Positions 1 through 11,045 of a DNA stretch of 64,000 nucleotides are shown piece after piece. Where the stretch lies: assembly GCF_030144855.1 (NCBI RefSeq), contig NC_082718.1, positions 47,616,001 through 47,680,000 on the forward strand, given 5' to 3'. The DNA is from Hypanus sabinus. Its lineage: Eukaryota. The translations under genes and the position numbers were made by a program. How positions within the stretch are numbered: position 1 is the first letter of the stretch; the number at the start of each line of letters is the position of its first letter. Under the pieces are notes generated by a model. It did no database searches and was not told where the DNA came from. It was given only the letters and a program-made list of their open reading frames with translations.

Positions 1-940
1 AATTCCAGTGAATACAGGCCCAGACCCATCAAATGCTCGTCATATGACAAGCCATTCAAACCTGGATTCACTTTGGTGAACCTTCTTTGAACCCTCTTCA
101 GTTCCAGCACATCCTTCCTAAGATGAAAACCCAAAACTTCTCGCAATACTCTGTGAGGGCTCATCAGTCCTTTATAAACATTACATCCTTGCTCTTGCAG
201 TGTTTTCTAGTCCTTTTGAAATGAATGCTAGCATTGAATTTGCCTTCATCACCACGGTCTCAACCTGCAAACTAACCTTTAGTGAATCTTGCACAAGGAC
301 TCCCAAATCCCTTTGTGCTTGATTTTTTTTGTATTTTCTCTACATTTAGAAAATAGTCCACCCTTTCATTTCTTCTATCAAAGTGCATGACCATACACTT
401 CCTGACATTGTACTCCAAATGCCACATTCTCCTAATCTGTCTAAGTCTTTCTGTAGTCCCTCTACTTCTTCAAAACTACCTGCCCCTCCACCTAACTTTG
501 TATTGTCTACAAACTTTACATCAATGCCATCAATTTCATTATCCAAATCATTGACATATAATGTAAAAGAAATGGTCCCAACTCAGACCCTGTGGAAAAC
601 CACTAGTCACTGGCAGCCAATCAGAAATGGCTCCCTTTATTCCCACTCCTTGCCTCACTGCTTTATCCATGCTAGAATTTTCCCTGTAATACCATGGACT
701 CATAGCTTGTTAAGCAGCCTCATGTGTGGCACCTTGTCAGAGGCCTTCTGAAGATCAAAATGCACAACATCAGCTGATTCTCCTTTGTCTATCCTGCTTG
801 TTATTTCTTCAAATAATTCCAACAGATTTTCAGGCAAGATTTTCCCTTGATGCTGATTACAACCTATGCCTCCAAGTACCCTGAAACCACATCCTTAACA
901 ATTGACTCCAATATCTTCCCAACCACTGAGGTCAGACCAA
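1..940 (-). mobile_element. CR1-type LINE ORF2 (RT) fragment, degenerate
   Basis: The minus ORF 346-546 (DNEIDGIDVKFVDNTKLGG) is a decayed CR1 xADDTK RT region. The DNA is similar to other CR1 copies in the window (16.2-16.6 kb, 37.8-38.2 kb). Confidence 0.85.
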
Positions 941-1249
941 GCAAGACCCATGGCTGGTAGGGCTCAGTTACTGTATCAGGTCCACCATCAGTACAGAGTT
1001 TAGTCCTGTCTGGGTCGCTGCTGTACAGTCAGAGGTGCTGATTTTCCTTGAGGTACATTTGCTTTCTTTTTTTTCTCTTAGAGTTCGTAACAATATAAGA
1101 ACTGGAGCAGGCCCTTTGAGCCTGAGTCATTACTTAACCAAATGATGGTTGAGCTTCTACCGTGACCATTTTCTTGCTATTTATCGACACCCTCAATCAT
1201 TCAATATTAACAAAGTATCTACCTCTGTTCTGAACATTATTTATTTTCA

Positions 1250-1480
1250 TTTAGAGGTATGTATGGTAACAGGCCCTACCTGCCCTTCAGGCACATGCCA
1301 CCCAATCACACTCATGTGACCAGTTAACCTACTAACTGGTACATCTTGGGAATGTGAGAGGGAAACAGCACCCAGAGAAAACCCAAGCGGTCAAGGGAGA
1401 ACATGCAAACTCCTCGCAGAGAGCAGTAGAATTGAACCTGGGTCACTGGTGCTGTAATAGCGTTATGCTAACTACTACCT
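1250..1480 (-). mobile_element. V-SINE (HE1-like, tRNA-derived) nested in a CR1 3' end (~1085-1616)
   Basis: The reverse complement has a B-box-like GGTTCAATTC and a V-domain-like GGGTTTTCTCTGGGTGCTGTTTCCCTCTCAC. Same family as 3030, 10605 and 60040. Confidence 0.75.
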
Positions 1481-1616
1481 AATCAATGGTGAAGCCTCCA
1501 CAGCCCTCAGAGGATTCCAACGATGAACTACACATTGAATGAAGACATTTCCCTTTGAGAATGCGGTCCCTGATTCTAGACACTTAGTCAGAGAATTATG
1601 CTTCCCTTTTTATATC

Positions 1617-2273
1617 TGAAACACCTTGCTTTCCTTGGCTGTGTAAGTCTAGGGAAGACAAGCTCTAGTCCTGCCAAACTCATGAGATTGAGGCATGTTC
1701 GATCCCACTCCAAACCCCGGTTGGTGTGGATGCTGTGTAATTCGCTACCCTGTTACAAATTAATGCCACGAAATAACAGACAGTATACTGCATATGATTA
1801 AAGGAATTATATTCATGAATCTTAACTAAAGGGTTCATAAAGAATAACAAAAAGAAAAGGACCCATTCTAGTTAAACAGTCAAATGTGTGCAAGTTGGAG
1901 CTCATCTTGAATTTCTTTGTCACTCACACGCTGAGCCCTCAGTCAGCGTCAAGCACACACCATGTTCCAAACATCACTCGCAATCCATCTCGAACAAACG
2001 GGTCTCCCATCGGATCGTATGGTATGACTGGTTCTCCCCGGCGTCTTCTCTCTTCAGCTCCTCTCAAACAGAAGCCCCAGGCCCAACCTTAGTGTTCCTC
2101 ACCAGAGAAATCTCCCCTTAATCTGACCATCCTAACTGGATGGGACACATTTCTCCTCATCTCTTATCTTCAACAATAACCCAAACAAGCATAAAACAGA
2201 ACAGACTGCTCTTACAGAACTGCCAAAATGAAATACACAGCATAACGGTAAAAATATGAACCAGGTCATTACA
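1617..2273 (-). mobile_element. Solo-LTR-like element, family C (related to 34269-34796)
   Basis: TG...CA ends (TGAAACAC / CATTACA). Shares blocks with 34.3-34.5 kb (GAGATTGAGG, GTGTGGATGCTG, CCACGAAATAACAGACAGTA). Possible imperfect 4-bp TSD TATC/TATT. Orientation is tentative. Confidence 0.55.
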
Positions 2274-3029
2274 TATTACTATGTGCTCCACATTTGTCTC
2301 TGTCAAGGCCCCCTAACTCCATAGATATCTGTGAATCTCCTTTTCAACCACACCCTTGGCAATGTCCTGACTCCAATTATCTGATCACCTGGCTGTTTAT
2401 TCTCCTTCACCTGACCTGTTCATTTCCTCCAGAGTTTAGTGTGTTTGTGTTCTCTCCTCAGCCCTCCTATTATCTCTCCAGGCGCCAATATTTCCTCACC
2501 ACCCCCCAGAGGTCATCCGCAAAACTGCATCCCCAGACATAAAGGAAGCCTCTCCTGAACTCATGGGATCCTCTCCCCCATCCTACACTCATAGCTGATA
2601 AACTTCACTGTGTCCGCAGCTCTAAACCCCTTCTCATTTTTGCAGCTATTATCCCTCCTCCCCTACCAAATTGTGAAACAACTTATTTCCTTCACAATCT
2701 TCATTCTCTGAAGGGGAGGACAGAACTACCAAGGTCCTTGTCCGTTGGGGAGCTAGGGGCTAGGGCCTTTAGCCTCAGGTTTGATGGAATATCGTATCCT
2801 CAAACTAATGTGGACCCTCTGTGCTTCACCACTTCAATAGTTTTGAAAAATTCCTCATCCTGTACATTTAAATGACACACAGCCTGTTTTATATAGAGTA
2901 AGGCAGGTGACCTGCTAGCATTATCAAGATCCGCAGCCTGGCAGGAAGCTATGGTGGGGATTTGTCCACAAGAGCTCACAGCCAGTTAACAGAGACAACA
3001 GGCTACAGCATAAATTAGAATATGATTTT

Positions 3030-3290
3030 CACAGTGCCAGCTGTAAGTGGGTTCAATTCCCACCATTGTCTGTTCTCCCAGTGACCGCGTGTGTTTCCTC
3101 CAGGTGCTCCAGTTTCCTCCCACAGTCCAAAGACGTACAGTTAGGGTTAGTAAGTTGTGGACATGTTATGTTGGTGCTAGATGTGGTGACACATGTGGCT
3201 GCCAGAACAATCTTCGAAGCACAAATGACATATTTCACTGTGTGTTTTGATGTATATTTAACAAATAGAGCTAATCTTTATCTAACCTTC
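3030..3290 (+). mobile_element. V-SINE with a different 3' tail (tail also present at ~41580-41720)
   Basis: B box GGGTTCAATTCCC; V domain GTTTCCTCCAGGTGCTCCAGTTTCCTCCCACAGTCCAAAGAC. Confidence 0.8.
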
Positions 3291-4096
3291 AATCTTTATC
3301 AAAGGGTTCCAGGAAATTACTGGTGTGCAGCATTTAGTAATATTGATCCCCTTTCAACAATGAGCAGGGAGGGCTGGGAATTCAAAAAAACAGTTATGGG
3401 AGAAAGGAGTATTTTGAGGTATCTGAAAAGAAATATTTCCTAATGCACAGGGCTGCAAGGAGCTCGAAGATAAAGCATTCTTAAAAATCAGTGTAGGCTT
3501 CTACTGACCATGAGCTTCTAACACAATGGTTTGACCAGGGCTTCCCCATCCTCTTGCTGAACTGCATAACTGCTTTGAACATCGTAGCAGCTCGGCCTGT
3601 GACAGACCAATGACTGGCAAGATTTTCCCCATTTGTCCAACCCTTTCCACTTTGAGGGTTGAGATTGGCTTGCTGAAGATGCCTCATGCAGACAATAAAT
3701 TCACTAGCTGGATGGCTGTGAACATTGTGCTGGTGAACGAATGCAGAAAATGTAGGTCTATGCGGCCAGTCTTGCTGCTTGGTATTCCTGGAGAGAAGCA
3801 TCAATGCTCTAAGTGGTGACAAGTCTTGACCAATGTAATCTGATGTCATGGTAGGGATGGAGAGAGTCCTTCTCATGAACAGTACCCTCCCCACCCCCAG
3901 ACATCAGTGACAACTGCCACCTCTGCTATCAGAGCTGCTAAATTCATTGAGGTTTTTGAACAGTCCAACAGAAGGACGATGATCCAGATTGGAGAACAGC
4001 AGTGAACTGGCCTGTTCTTAAAATACATTGACTTTGATTTAATTCTTCCTGATGCTGTGTGTTTTCAGCATTTTCTATATTTTTCTCTTTGTTAAG

Positions 4097-4232
4097 GAGA
4101 TCGTACCGTGGAAAATGGTTTCAGACCAAATCAGATGATAACCGAAAGAATCTCTCAGAGATACTTGCACTCTGCGGCTGCTATTTCCCTGAGAGGATGA
4201 TAAATAATGACAAAATGAACATTCTTCTGCAG
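4097..4232 (+). other. Candidate spliced exon (unidentified gene or lncRNA)
   Basis: Pyrimidine tract plus AG at 4095-96, CAG|GTGAGA donor, one open frame (RSYRGKWFQTKSDDNRKNLSEILALCGCYFPERMINNDKMNILLQ), several retained CpGs. No recognisable homology. Confidence 0.3.
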
Positions 4233-4756
4233 GTGAGAACATTAAAGAGGTAATAGCAAATGTTACTGAAAGATGATGTTTCAAACTACTTTGGGAAATT
4301 CAGACATAAGAATGAATACATCTACCTCTGAGACGTCAAAGTTTCCAGGTTATTATTCCCAAACTTCTTCCTCAGGTTATGGATAGGATCATGGGAGCTG
4401 TGCACATTTGCTAACTGGAGCTTGGCTGCAGAGCAGCTTTCGAAAGCACCATTCAATGCTACAGATACATTTAAGTGGGCTGTGTGATGTCAGTGTGTGA
4501 ATTATGTGGTCTGTTTGCAGCTCTGCAGATATGTCCTGTCTCCTCAACAATGAGATCACAATGAGCAGACTGTATCCTATAGATTTTGATGGGGCTGCAA
4601 TTGTTCAGTGCCACTAAACAGGGTGTGAACCTCACTTTGCCAGCATGCCTGAATGGTGAATCCTAAAGAACAAAACATATTTGTCTATGGGCCTCATCAG
4701 GATAAATCAAGTGAGCTTAAAGCATCTGACTGTTTGGGGCCAACAGGTAGTCCTCT

Positions 4757-4988
4757 GAACACATACAACAAGCTGGAGGAACTCAGCAGGTCGGGCAGCA
4801 TCCGTTGAAACTAGCAGTCAACGTTTCGGGCCGAGACCTTTCATCAGGACTGAAGAGGGAGGGGGCCCCTGCCTCTCGGCCCGAAACGTTGACTACTCGT
4901 TTCCACGGATGCTGCCCGACCTGCTGAGTTCCTCCAGCTTGTTATACATGTTGATTTGACTACAGCATCTGCAGTGTTCTTTGTATTT
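4757..4988. mobile_element. Penelope-derived palindromic mini-element, family 1, with hammerhead core and 12-bp TSD
   Basis: ~80-bp inverted arms (4758-4836 / 4874-4952), ~36-nt unpaired tail, perfect TSD AGGTAGTCCTCT at 4745-4756 and 4989-5000. Confidence 0.85.
4815..4852 (-). ncRNA. Minimal type I hammerhead ribozyme motif (Penelope type)
   Basis: Minus strand reads CAGTC-CTGATGA-A-AGGTCTCGGCCC-GAAAC-GTT-GACTG. Perfect 5-bp stem I and palindromic stem III; the first stem II pair is mutated. Confidence 0.7.
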
Positions 4989-5629
4989 AGGTAGTCCTCT
5001 TGTTCCTTCTGACATAAACGAACACTGAATATTTTCAGTGGACTGGTTAAGATTGTGGGTTTGGCTCAGCTAATAGAAAGACGACTAGTGTATCATATTC
5101 ACGAGTAAGGAAGAACCCATGCTTGATGGTCGATGTGAACTTGTTGGTCTGAAGGGCCTGTTTCCAAGCTGCATGACTCTATGAGTCAATTAAAATAACA
5201 TTTAGAAGCCTAGCTTTGAAATCTGGCCTGTGGTCATTTCAGAGGGCTGCATTTATTTTGACCAATTTACCAATGGCTCATCCACATGTGGGGAGGATTA
5301 CCAAAGCCCAGTTCTGATCTCATGTTGCTTGGCAACTGGACCCTGAGCTTGGAAAGACAGCCATGGGGAGAGTAGATTGTGGGTTGCATCGGTGTAAGGA
5401 TATCTGGGCAGTAGAAATACTGTGGGTAGGTGGAGGTGCAGGTTTAGCAGTTTGGATGACATGGGGAGTGGGATATGGTTTACTACAAGGGCGGGTCCAG
5501 GCAGTGTAGGCCCTGGCAGTGTATGAGTAGATGGGACGGTGTCCTGGAAATAGGCTGAGCTGGAGATGTAGGAATCAGTGGGGGAATAGGCATAGCCAGG
5601 TTCTGATGGGAGCAAGGCAATAAAGTCCA

Positions 5630-6101
5630 TTGAAACATAGTGCATTACAGCACAGAAACAGGACATTCAGCCCATCACATCAATGGTGGGCCTGACGTTC
5701 TATCTTGTTCCACCTACCTGCACCCAGACCATAGCCCTCCAACCCTCTTTCACCAAGTACTTATCCAAACCTCTTACATGTTACAACTGAATGCACATCT
5801 GCTGTTGACAGCTCTTTCCACACCCACACCACCTTCTATGCGAGAAAATTCACCCTCAGGTTCCCCTTAAATATTTCGCCTTTTACTCTAAACCTATGTC
5901 ATCTTAGCTTTAATCTTACACAACTAGAGGATAAAAAGCCTGCAGGCATTCAACTTATCTAAACCCCTTACAATGTTATATACCTCTATATGATCTTCTC
6001 TCAGTCACCTGCACAGCAGTGAGTAAAGCCCTAACCTATTCAACCTTTCTCCAGGACTCAGGTCCTCAGATCCTGGCAACATCCCTGTCAATTTTCTCTG
6101 C
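5630..6101 (-). mobile_element. CR1-type LINE 3' end
   Basis: CAGCACAGAAACAGG-type terminal motif followed by decayed ORF2 C-terminus on the minus strand. Confidence 0.75.
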
Positions 6102-6112
6102 ACTCTATGAAG

Positions 6113-6308
6113 TTGCTGGCTGGTGGTGTAGTGGCATCTGCACCGGACTTTAGAGCAAATGGTCCGGAGTTCGAATCTGACTGGCTGCTTGCAAGCCTTC
6201 CATCTACGCTAGGTTGAGCATGAGCTAGCAACTCGGCCGTATAAAACAGACAAATTCTAAAGCAATTGCAAGGTTGCTGTCTGGTGTCCAAACAAGACAA
6301 GGGGTGGA
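6113..6308 (+). mobile_element. tRNA-derived SINE with 11-bp TSD (tail possibly RTE-type)
   Basis: A box TGGTGTAGTGG, B box GTTCGAATC. TSD ACTCTATGAAG (6102-6112) / ACTCTATAAAG (6309-6319). Confidence 0.8.
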
Positions 6309-6945
6309 ACTCTATAAAGCACTCAGACTGCTGTAGGAAAACAGAAGAGTTGAAAGTGCAGACCTGAAGGCTTGGGACCTGGAAGGGTAGGTCAGAGGCC
6401 TGGTGATCTGAAAACAGGAGGTGGTCTCTGGAGACAGCCAGAACAGGGGTAGGCCATCTATGCCTTCATGCCTGCCTCACTGTATAACACGAGCATAAGT
6501 GATTGATTTGAGTTTCTGTGTCATTTCTCCACACCCTCTATTCCTTGATCTATCAAATATTTATCCACCTGCGGTTTAAATACTTAAAATGATCCAGCTT
6601 CCACCACCCAGCAGAGTAGTGAATTCCAGAGATTCACCACCTTATATGGGAAGAAATTTCTGTGTACCTCAGTTTTAAATGTCTGGCATCTGATCTTACT
6701 GTTATGCCCCCTTGTTCAAGACTTTCCCACCAGTGAAAACATCCAAATATCCACAATCTGTCAAGCCCCCTTAGGGTCTGATATGTTTGAATAAGCTCAC
6801 CTCTCATTCTTCTAAACTGCAAAGAATACAGGCTCAAACTATTTAATCTCTGTTGGTAGGAAACCTTCTCATCCCAGCAACTACCGCCAATGTTTTATTT
6901 AAGAAGGAGACAAAAACTGTCTAGTATTGTCTAGACAGTATTGTC

Positions 6946-8663
6946 AGCTATGTGTGGAGCCGAGGGAGATGGGAGAGATTTTGAACGATTTCTTCTCTTC
7001 GGTATTCACTAAGGAGAAGGATATTGAATAGTGTAAGGTGTGGGAAACAAGTAAGGAAGTTATGGAACCTATGACAATTAAAGAGGTGGAAGTACTGGCG
7101 CTTTTAAGAAATTTAAAAGTGGATAAATCTCCGGGTCCTGACAGGATATTCCCCAGGACCTTGAGGGAAGTTTGTGTAGAGATAGCAGGAGCTCTGACTG
7201 AGATCTTTAAGATGTCATTAGAAACGGGGATTGTGCTGGAGGATTGGCGTATTGCTCATGTGGTTCCATTGTTTAAAAAGGGTTCTAGAAGTAAGCCTAG
7301 CAATTATAGACCTGTCAGTTTGACATCAGTGGTGGGTAAATTAATGGAAAGTATTCTTAGAGATAGTATTAATAATTATCTGGATAGACAGGATCTGATT
7401 AGCATGGATTTGTGTGTGGAAGGTCATGTTTGACAAACCTTATTGAATTTTTTGCAGAAGTTAAGAGGAATGTTGACGAGGGTAAGGCAGTAGATGTAGT
7501 CTATATGGACTTCAGCAAAGCCTTTGACAAAGTTCCACATGGAAGGTTAGTTAAGAAGGTTCAGTTGTTAGGTATTAATGCTGGAGTAATAAAATTCAAC
7601 AGTGGCAAGATGGGAGATGCCAGAGAGTAGTGGTGGATAATTGTTTATTGGGATGGAGGCCGGTGACTAGCGGGGTGCCTCAGGGATCTGTTTTGGGCCC
7701 AATGTTGTCTGTAATATACATAAATGATCTGGATGATGGGGTGGTAAATTGGATTAGTAAGTATGCCGATGATACTAAGGTAGAAGGTGTTGTGGATAAT
7801 GAGGTGGGTTTTCAAAGCTTGCAGGGAGATTTATGCCGGTTAGAAGAATGGGCTGAACGTTGGCAGATGGAGTTTAATGCTGAGAAGTGTGAGGTTCTAC
7901 ATTTTGGCAGGAATAATCCAAATAGAACATACAGGATAAATGGTAGGGCAGAGGAACAGAGAGATCTAGGAATAACAGTGCATAGTTCCCTGAAGATGGA
8001 GTCTCATGTAGATAGGGTGGTGAAGAAGGCTTTTGGTACGCTGGCCTTTATAAATCAAAGCATTGAGTACAGAAGTTGGGATGTAATGTTAAAATTGTAC
8101 AAGGCATTGGTAAGGCCAAATTTAGAATATTGTGTGCAGTTCTGGTCACCGAATTATAGGAAAGTTATCAATAAATTAGAGAGAGTGCAGAGATGATTTA
8201 CTAGGATGTTACCTGGGTTTCAGCGCTTAAGTTACAGAGAAAGGTTGAACAAGTTAGGTCTCTATTCATTGGAGCGTAGAAGGTTGAGGGGGGATTTGAT
8301 CGAGGTATTTAAAATTTTGAGAGGGATAGATAGAGTTGACGTGAATAGGCTGTTTCCATTGAGAGTAGGGGAGATTCAAACGAGAGGACATGATTTGAGA
8401 GTTAGGGGGCAGAAGTTTAAGGGAAACACGAGGGGGTATTTCTTTACTCAGAGAGTGATAGCTGTGTGGAATGAGCTTCCTGTAGAAGTAGCAGAGGCCA
8501 GTTCAGTTGTGTCATTTAAGGTAAAATTGGATAGGTATATGGACAGGAAAGGAGTGGAGGGTTATGGGCTGAGTGCGGGTAGGTGGGACTAGGTGAGATT
8601 AAGAGTTCGGCACAGACTAGGAGGGCCGAGATGGCCTGTTTCCGTGCTGTGATTGTTATATGG
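6946..8663 (+). mobile_element. Relatively young 5'-truncated CR1 (HER1-like) LINE; frameshifted ORF2 RT plus 3' end
   Basis: ORFs 7038-8592 contain KSPGPD, NYRPVSLTSVVGK, DFSKAFDKVPH, SGVPQGSVLGP, YADDTK, RPNLEYCVQFWSP and LYSLERRRLRGDLIE. The 3' stem-loop GGGCCGAGATGGCC follows. Several frameshifts and stops. Confidence 0.95.
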
Positions 8664-8909
8664 TTATTCTAGGCGGGCCTCACCAACCCCTGCAGAATTG
8701 CAAAAACCTTCCCTGTTTTTAAACTCCAGCTCTATTGCAATGAAGGGAAGAATGTCATTTGCTTTCTTAACTGCTCATTGCACCTGCCTGTTAACTTATT
8801 GTGATTCATGCACTAGCAGGCCTAGATACCTCTTTACTTCATTCACTTACAGTCTCTCTCCATTTTAATAGTGATCTGCCTTTAGACTTCACTAACCAAA
8901 GTGCGTGAC

Positions 8910-9126
8910 TGTGGTGAACTACATATACCTGTCTGGACACGCCCCCTGCTGACTGCTCCTGTGGCTCCTCCCACAGACCCCTGTATAAAGGCGATTGAGG
9001 TCTGAGCCCGGCCTCTCTGTCTCCAGGATGTAGTATGGTGGTCAACCACTGCTTGTTCCTTCTTCCAGTCAATAAAAGCCAATATCTCGACTTTACGTCT
9101 CAGAGAGCGTTATTGATGGTGCATCA
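8910..9126 (+). mobile_element. Solo LTR, family A (217 bp), 5-bp TSD GTGAC
   Basis: TGTGGTG...TGCATCA termini, TATAAA at ~8984, AATAAA at 9071, GTGAC at 8905-8909 and 9127-9131. Confidence 0.9.
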
Positions 9127-10007
9127 GTGACTTCACATTTCGCCATTTTAATCTCCATATGCCAGCCCTTTGCTACTCAGTCAAACCTATCTTTTTCCCA
9201 TTACAGAATTATAGTCTCCTTATCAAAACATGCCCTTCCATCTATTTTTGCATCATTGGCAAGTTTGGAAACCTTACATGCCACAGTGAATAATTACGGG
9301 CTGAGAATTAATACTTATGATGCTTCTCCTTCCAGTCTGAGAAGGACCCAGCTATTCCAACTCTCTGTTTTCCATGGAGCAGCCAGTTTTCAAGCCATTC
9401 GAGCACATTTCCTCCAATACCATGGGCTTTTAATTTATGCAACAGCCTCTTATGTGACACCTATAATGTAACCAGTACCTGGCCAGCGGAATCTTTTCCG
9501 CTACAGCCTGCTTACCAATAGCATCTTGATGATGAAAATGACTTCTGCCATATCCTTTCCAGCCAAGGGAGTGTGGTTCACTCAGATAGAAAGGAAGGAG
9601 CAGGAACTTTTCAAGATACTTGCAGTGTTTGCTTGTCTACATTACGTGTCTCCAAGTCCTTAGCATTTGAGTCGTAGAATCATGAAACATCAGACAAACA
9701 TGTCCCATGCCAACCGTCATTAACCTTCTACACTAATTGGATTTGCCAGCAGTTCATTCAAATTCTCTCAAGTGCTTATCTAAATATTTGTTAATTGTTC
9801 TTAGAGTACCCGTTTTCACCAGCCTCTCAGGCAAATAGGAAAGTCTAACTATCAGTTCATCCATGAATACTTAGTCTGTATGTATACTGTCATGCGATGA
9901 GTTAAGAGATCTATTTGTTCCGTTATATCTCGTGACATTACCGTTCAGATAAATAAATGTCCCTTATGTCTGAGAAGGACCATGCAAGAGAACAATCAAG
10001 ATTACAG

Positions 10008-10245
10008 AAAAAGGATCTAGTGCTTTCCCGGCATATATGACGAATACACTCTTCTTGGGCTTCCAGTCAGGTTCAGGTATTGATTTTAACTGATGTTTTG
10101 ATGACAAACTCTGCCATCATCGGAGATGATGCCTAGGCACATCCAGGCTAGGCATTATCACTGATGAGGATGGCAGAGTTTGTCATCGAAACGTCGGTTA
10201 AAATCGATACCTGTCCCTGGCAGGAAGCTCAAGGAGAGTTTATTC
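10008..10245. mobile_element. Penelope-type palindromic mini-element, family 2, with hammerhead core and TSD
   Basis: ~95-bp inverted arms (10042-10137 / 10146-10245), ~33-nt unpaired tail at 10008-10041, TSD AGATTACAG at 9999-10007 and 10250-10258. Confidence 0.8.
10158..10198 (+). ncRNA. Minimal hammerhead ribozyme core
   Basis: CTGATGA-G-GATGGCA-GAGTT-TGTCATC-GAAAC-GTC: 7-bp stem II and GUC cleavage triplet at 10193-95. Stem I is weak. Confidence 0.65.
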
Positions 10246-10604
10246 ATTGAGATTACAGGTTGAAGTTTTCCTCCCTCTGATTAACTTTGAAGACAGCTGG
10301 AAGGAACATGAGTTCTAAAAGTTGCCAGTAAAATTTGAGGAAGTTACATATTTACAAGAATAAATTAGTTTAAACTTGCAGTGTGGTGTTGATTCAACCC
10401 TTTGCAAGGCCGTAGGTTAGTGGAAGGCCCATCTGTGAAACAGGCCTCCTGTTTTTCACAACTTTTGTGGTGCACATTATAATTTAGAGCATATTGTTAC
10501 TCTGTGTGAACTGATCATTTATTGCATGGAACTACCTTACAACACTCTGAATGACCAGCCACTGCCTGGGAAATAATGTTATTCATCTTTATTTATTTAT
10601 TGAA

Positions 10605-11045
10605 ATACAGCACAGAGTAGGCCTTTCCAGCCCTTCAAGACACACCGCTCAGCAACCCCTGATTTAGCCCTAACCTAATCATGGGATAATTTACAGCGAC
10701 CAATTAACCTACCAATTGGTATGCCTTTGGAAACTGGGAGAAAACTGGAGCACTTAAAGGAAACCCACGTGGTCACAAGGAGAACGTAGAAGCTCCTTAC
10801 AGACAGTGATGCACCATCAATAACTCTCGGAGGCGAGAGATAGGCTTTTATTAGCTGGAAGAGAGCAGTCAGCAGCAAGAGACCATCACACAACATCCCG
10901 GAGACTGAGGGAGGAGCAGTGCCTCCAATTGCCTTTATACAGGGGTCTGTGGGAGGAGCCACAGGAGCAGTCAGCAGGGGGGGCATGTCCAGACAGGTAT
11001 ATGTAGTTCACCACAGACAATAGCATGAACTGAACCCAGGACACT
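10605..11045 (-). mobile_element. V-SINE interrupted by a solo LTR
   Basis: Reverse complement of the V domain (AAAACTGGAGCACTTAAAGGAAACCCAC). The B-box half (TGAACCC) resumes after the LTR at ~11030. Confidence 0.75.
10807..11015 (-). mobile_element. Solo LTR, family A (second subfamily)
   Basis: Reverse complement of 8910-9126 with near-identical ends. TSD GACAG (10802-06) / GACAA (11016-20). Confidence 0.85.

Larger units (their letters stand above)
6450..9470 (-). mobile_element. Old CR1 fragment hosting a younger CR1 (6946-8663) and a solo LTR (8910-9126)
   Basis: Minus ORF 6634-6837 (LYSLQFRRMRGELIQTYQTLRGLDR) is CR1 ORF2 C-terminus. CR1 similarity resumes after each insertion. Confidence 0.75.

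Noticed and set aside
4426-4528. miRNA-like hairpin (CTGCAGAGCAGC / GCAGCTCTGCAG)
   Set aside because: Only ~12 bp pair and the ~80-nt interior does not extend the stem.
6113-6185. tRNA gene
   Set aside because: A and B boxes are present but the sequence continues into a SINE body bounded by a TSD, and there is no clean acceptor stem.
7038-8592. Apparent four-ORF operon or active reverse transcriptase gene
   Set aside because: These are consecutive frameshifted pieces of one 5'-truncated CR1 ORF2 with no endonuclease domain or ORF1.
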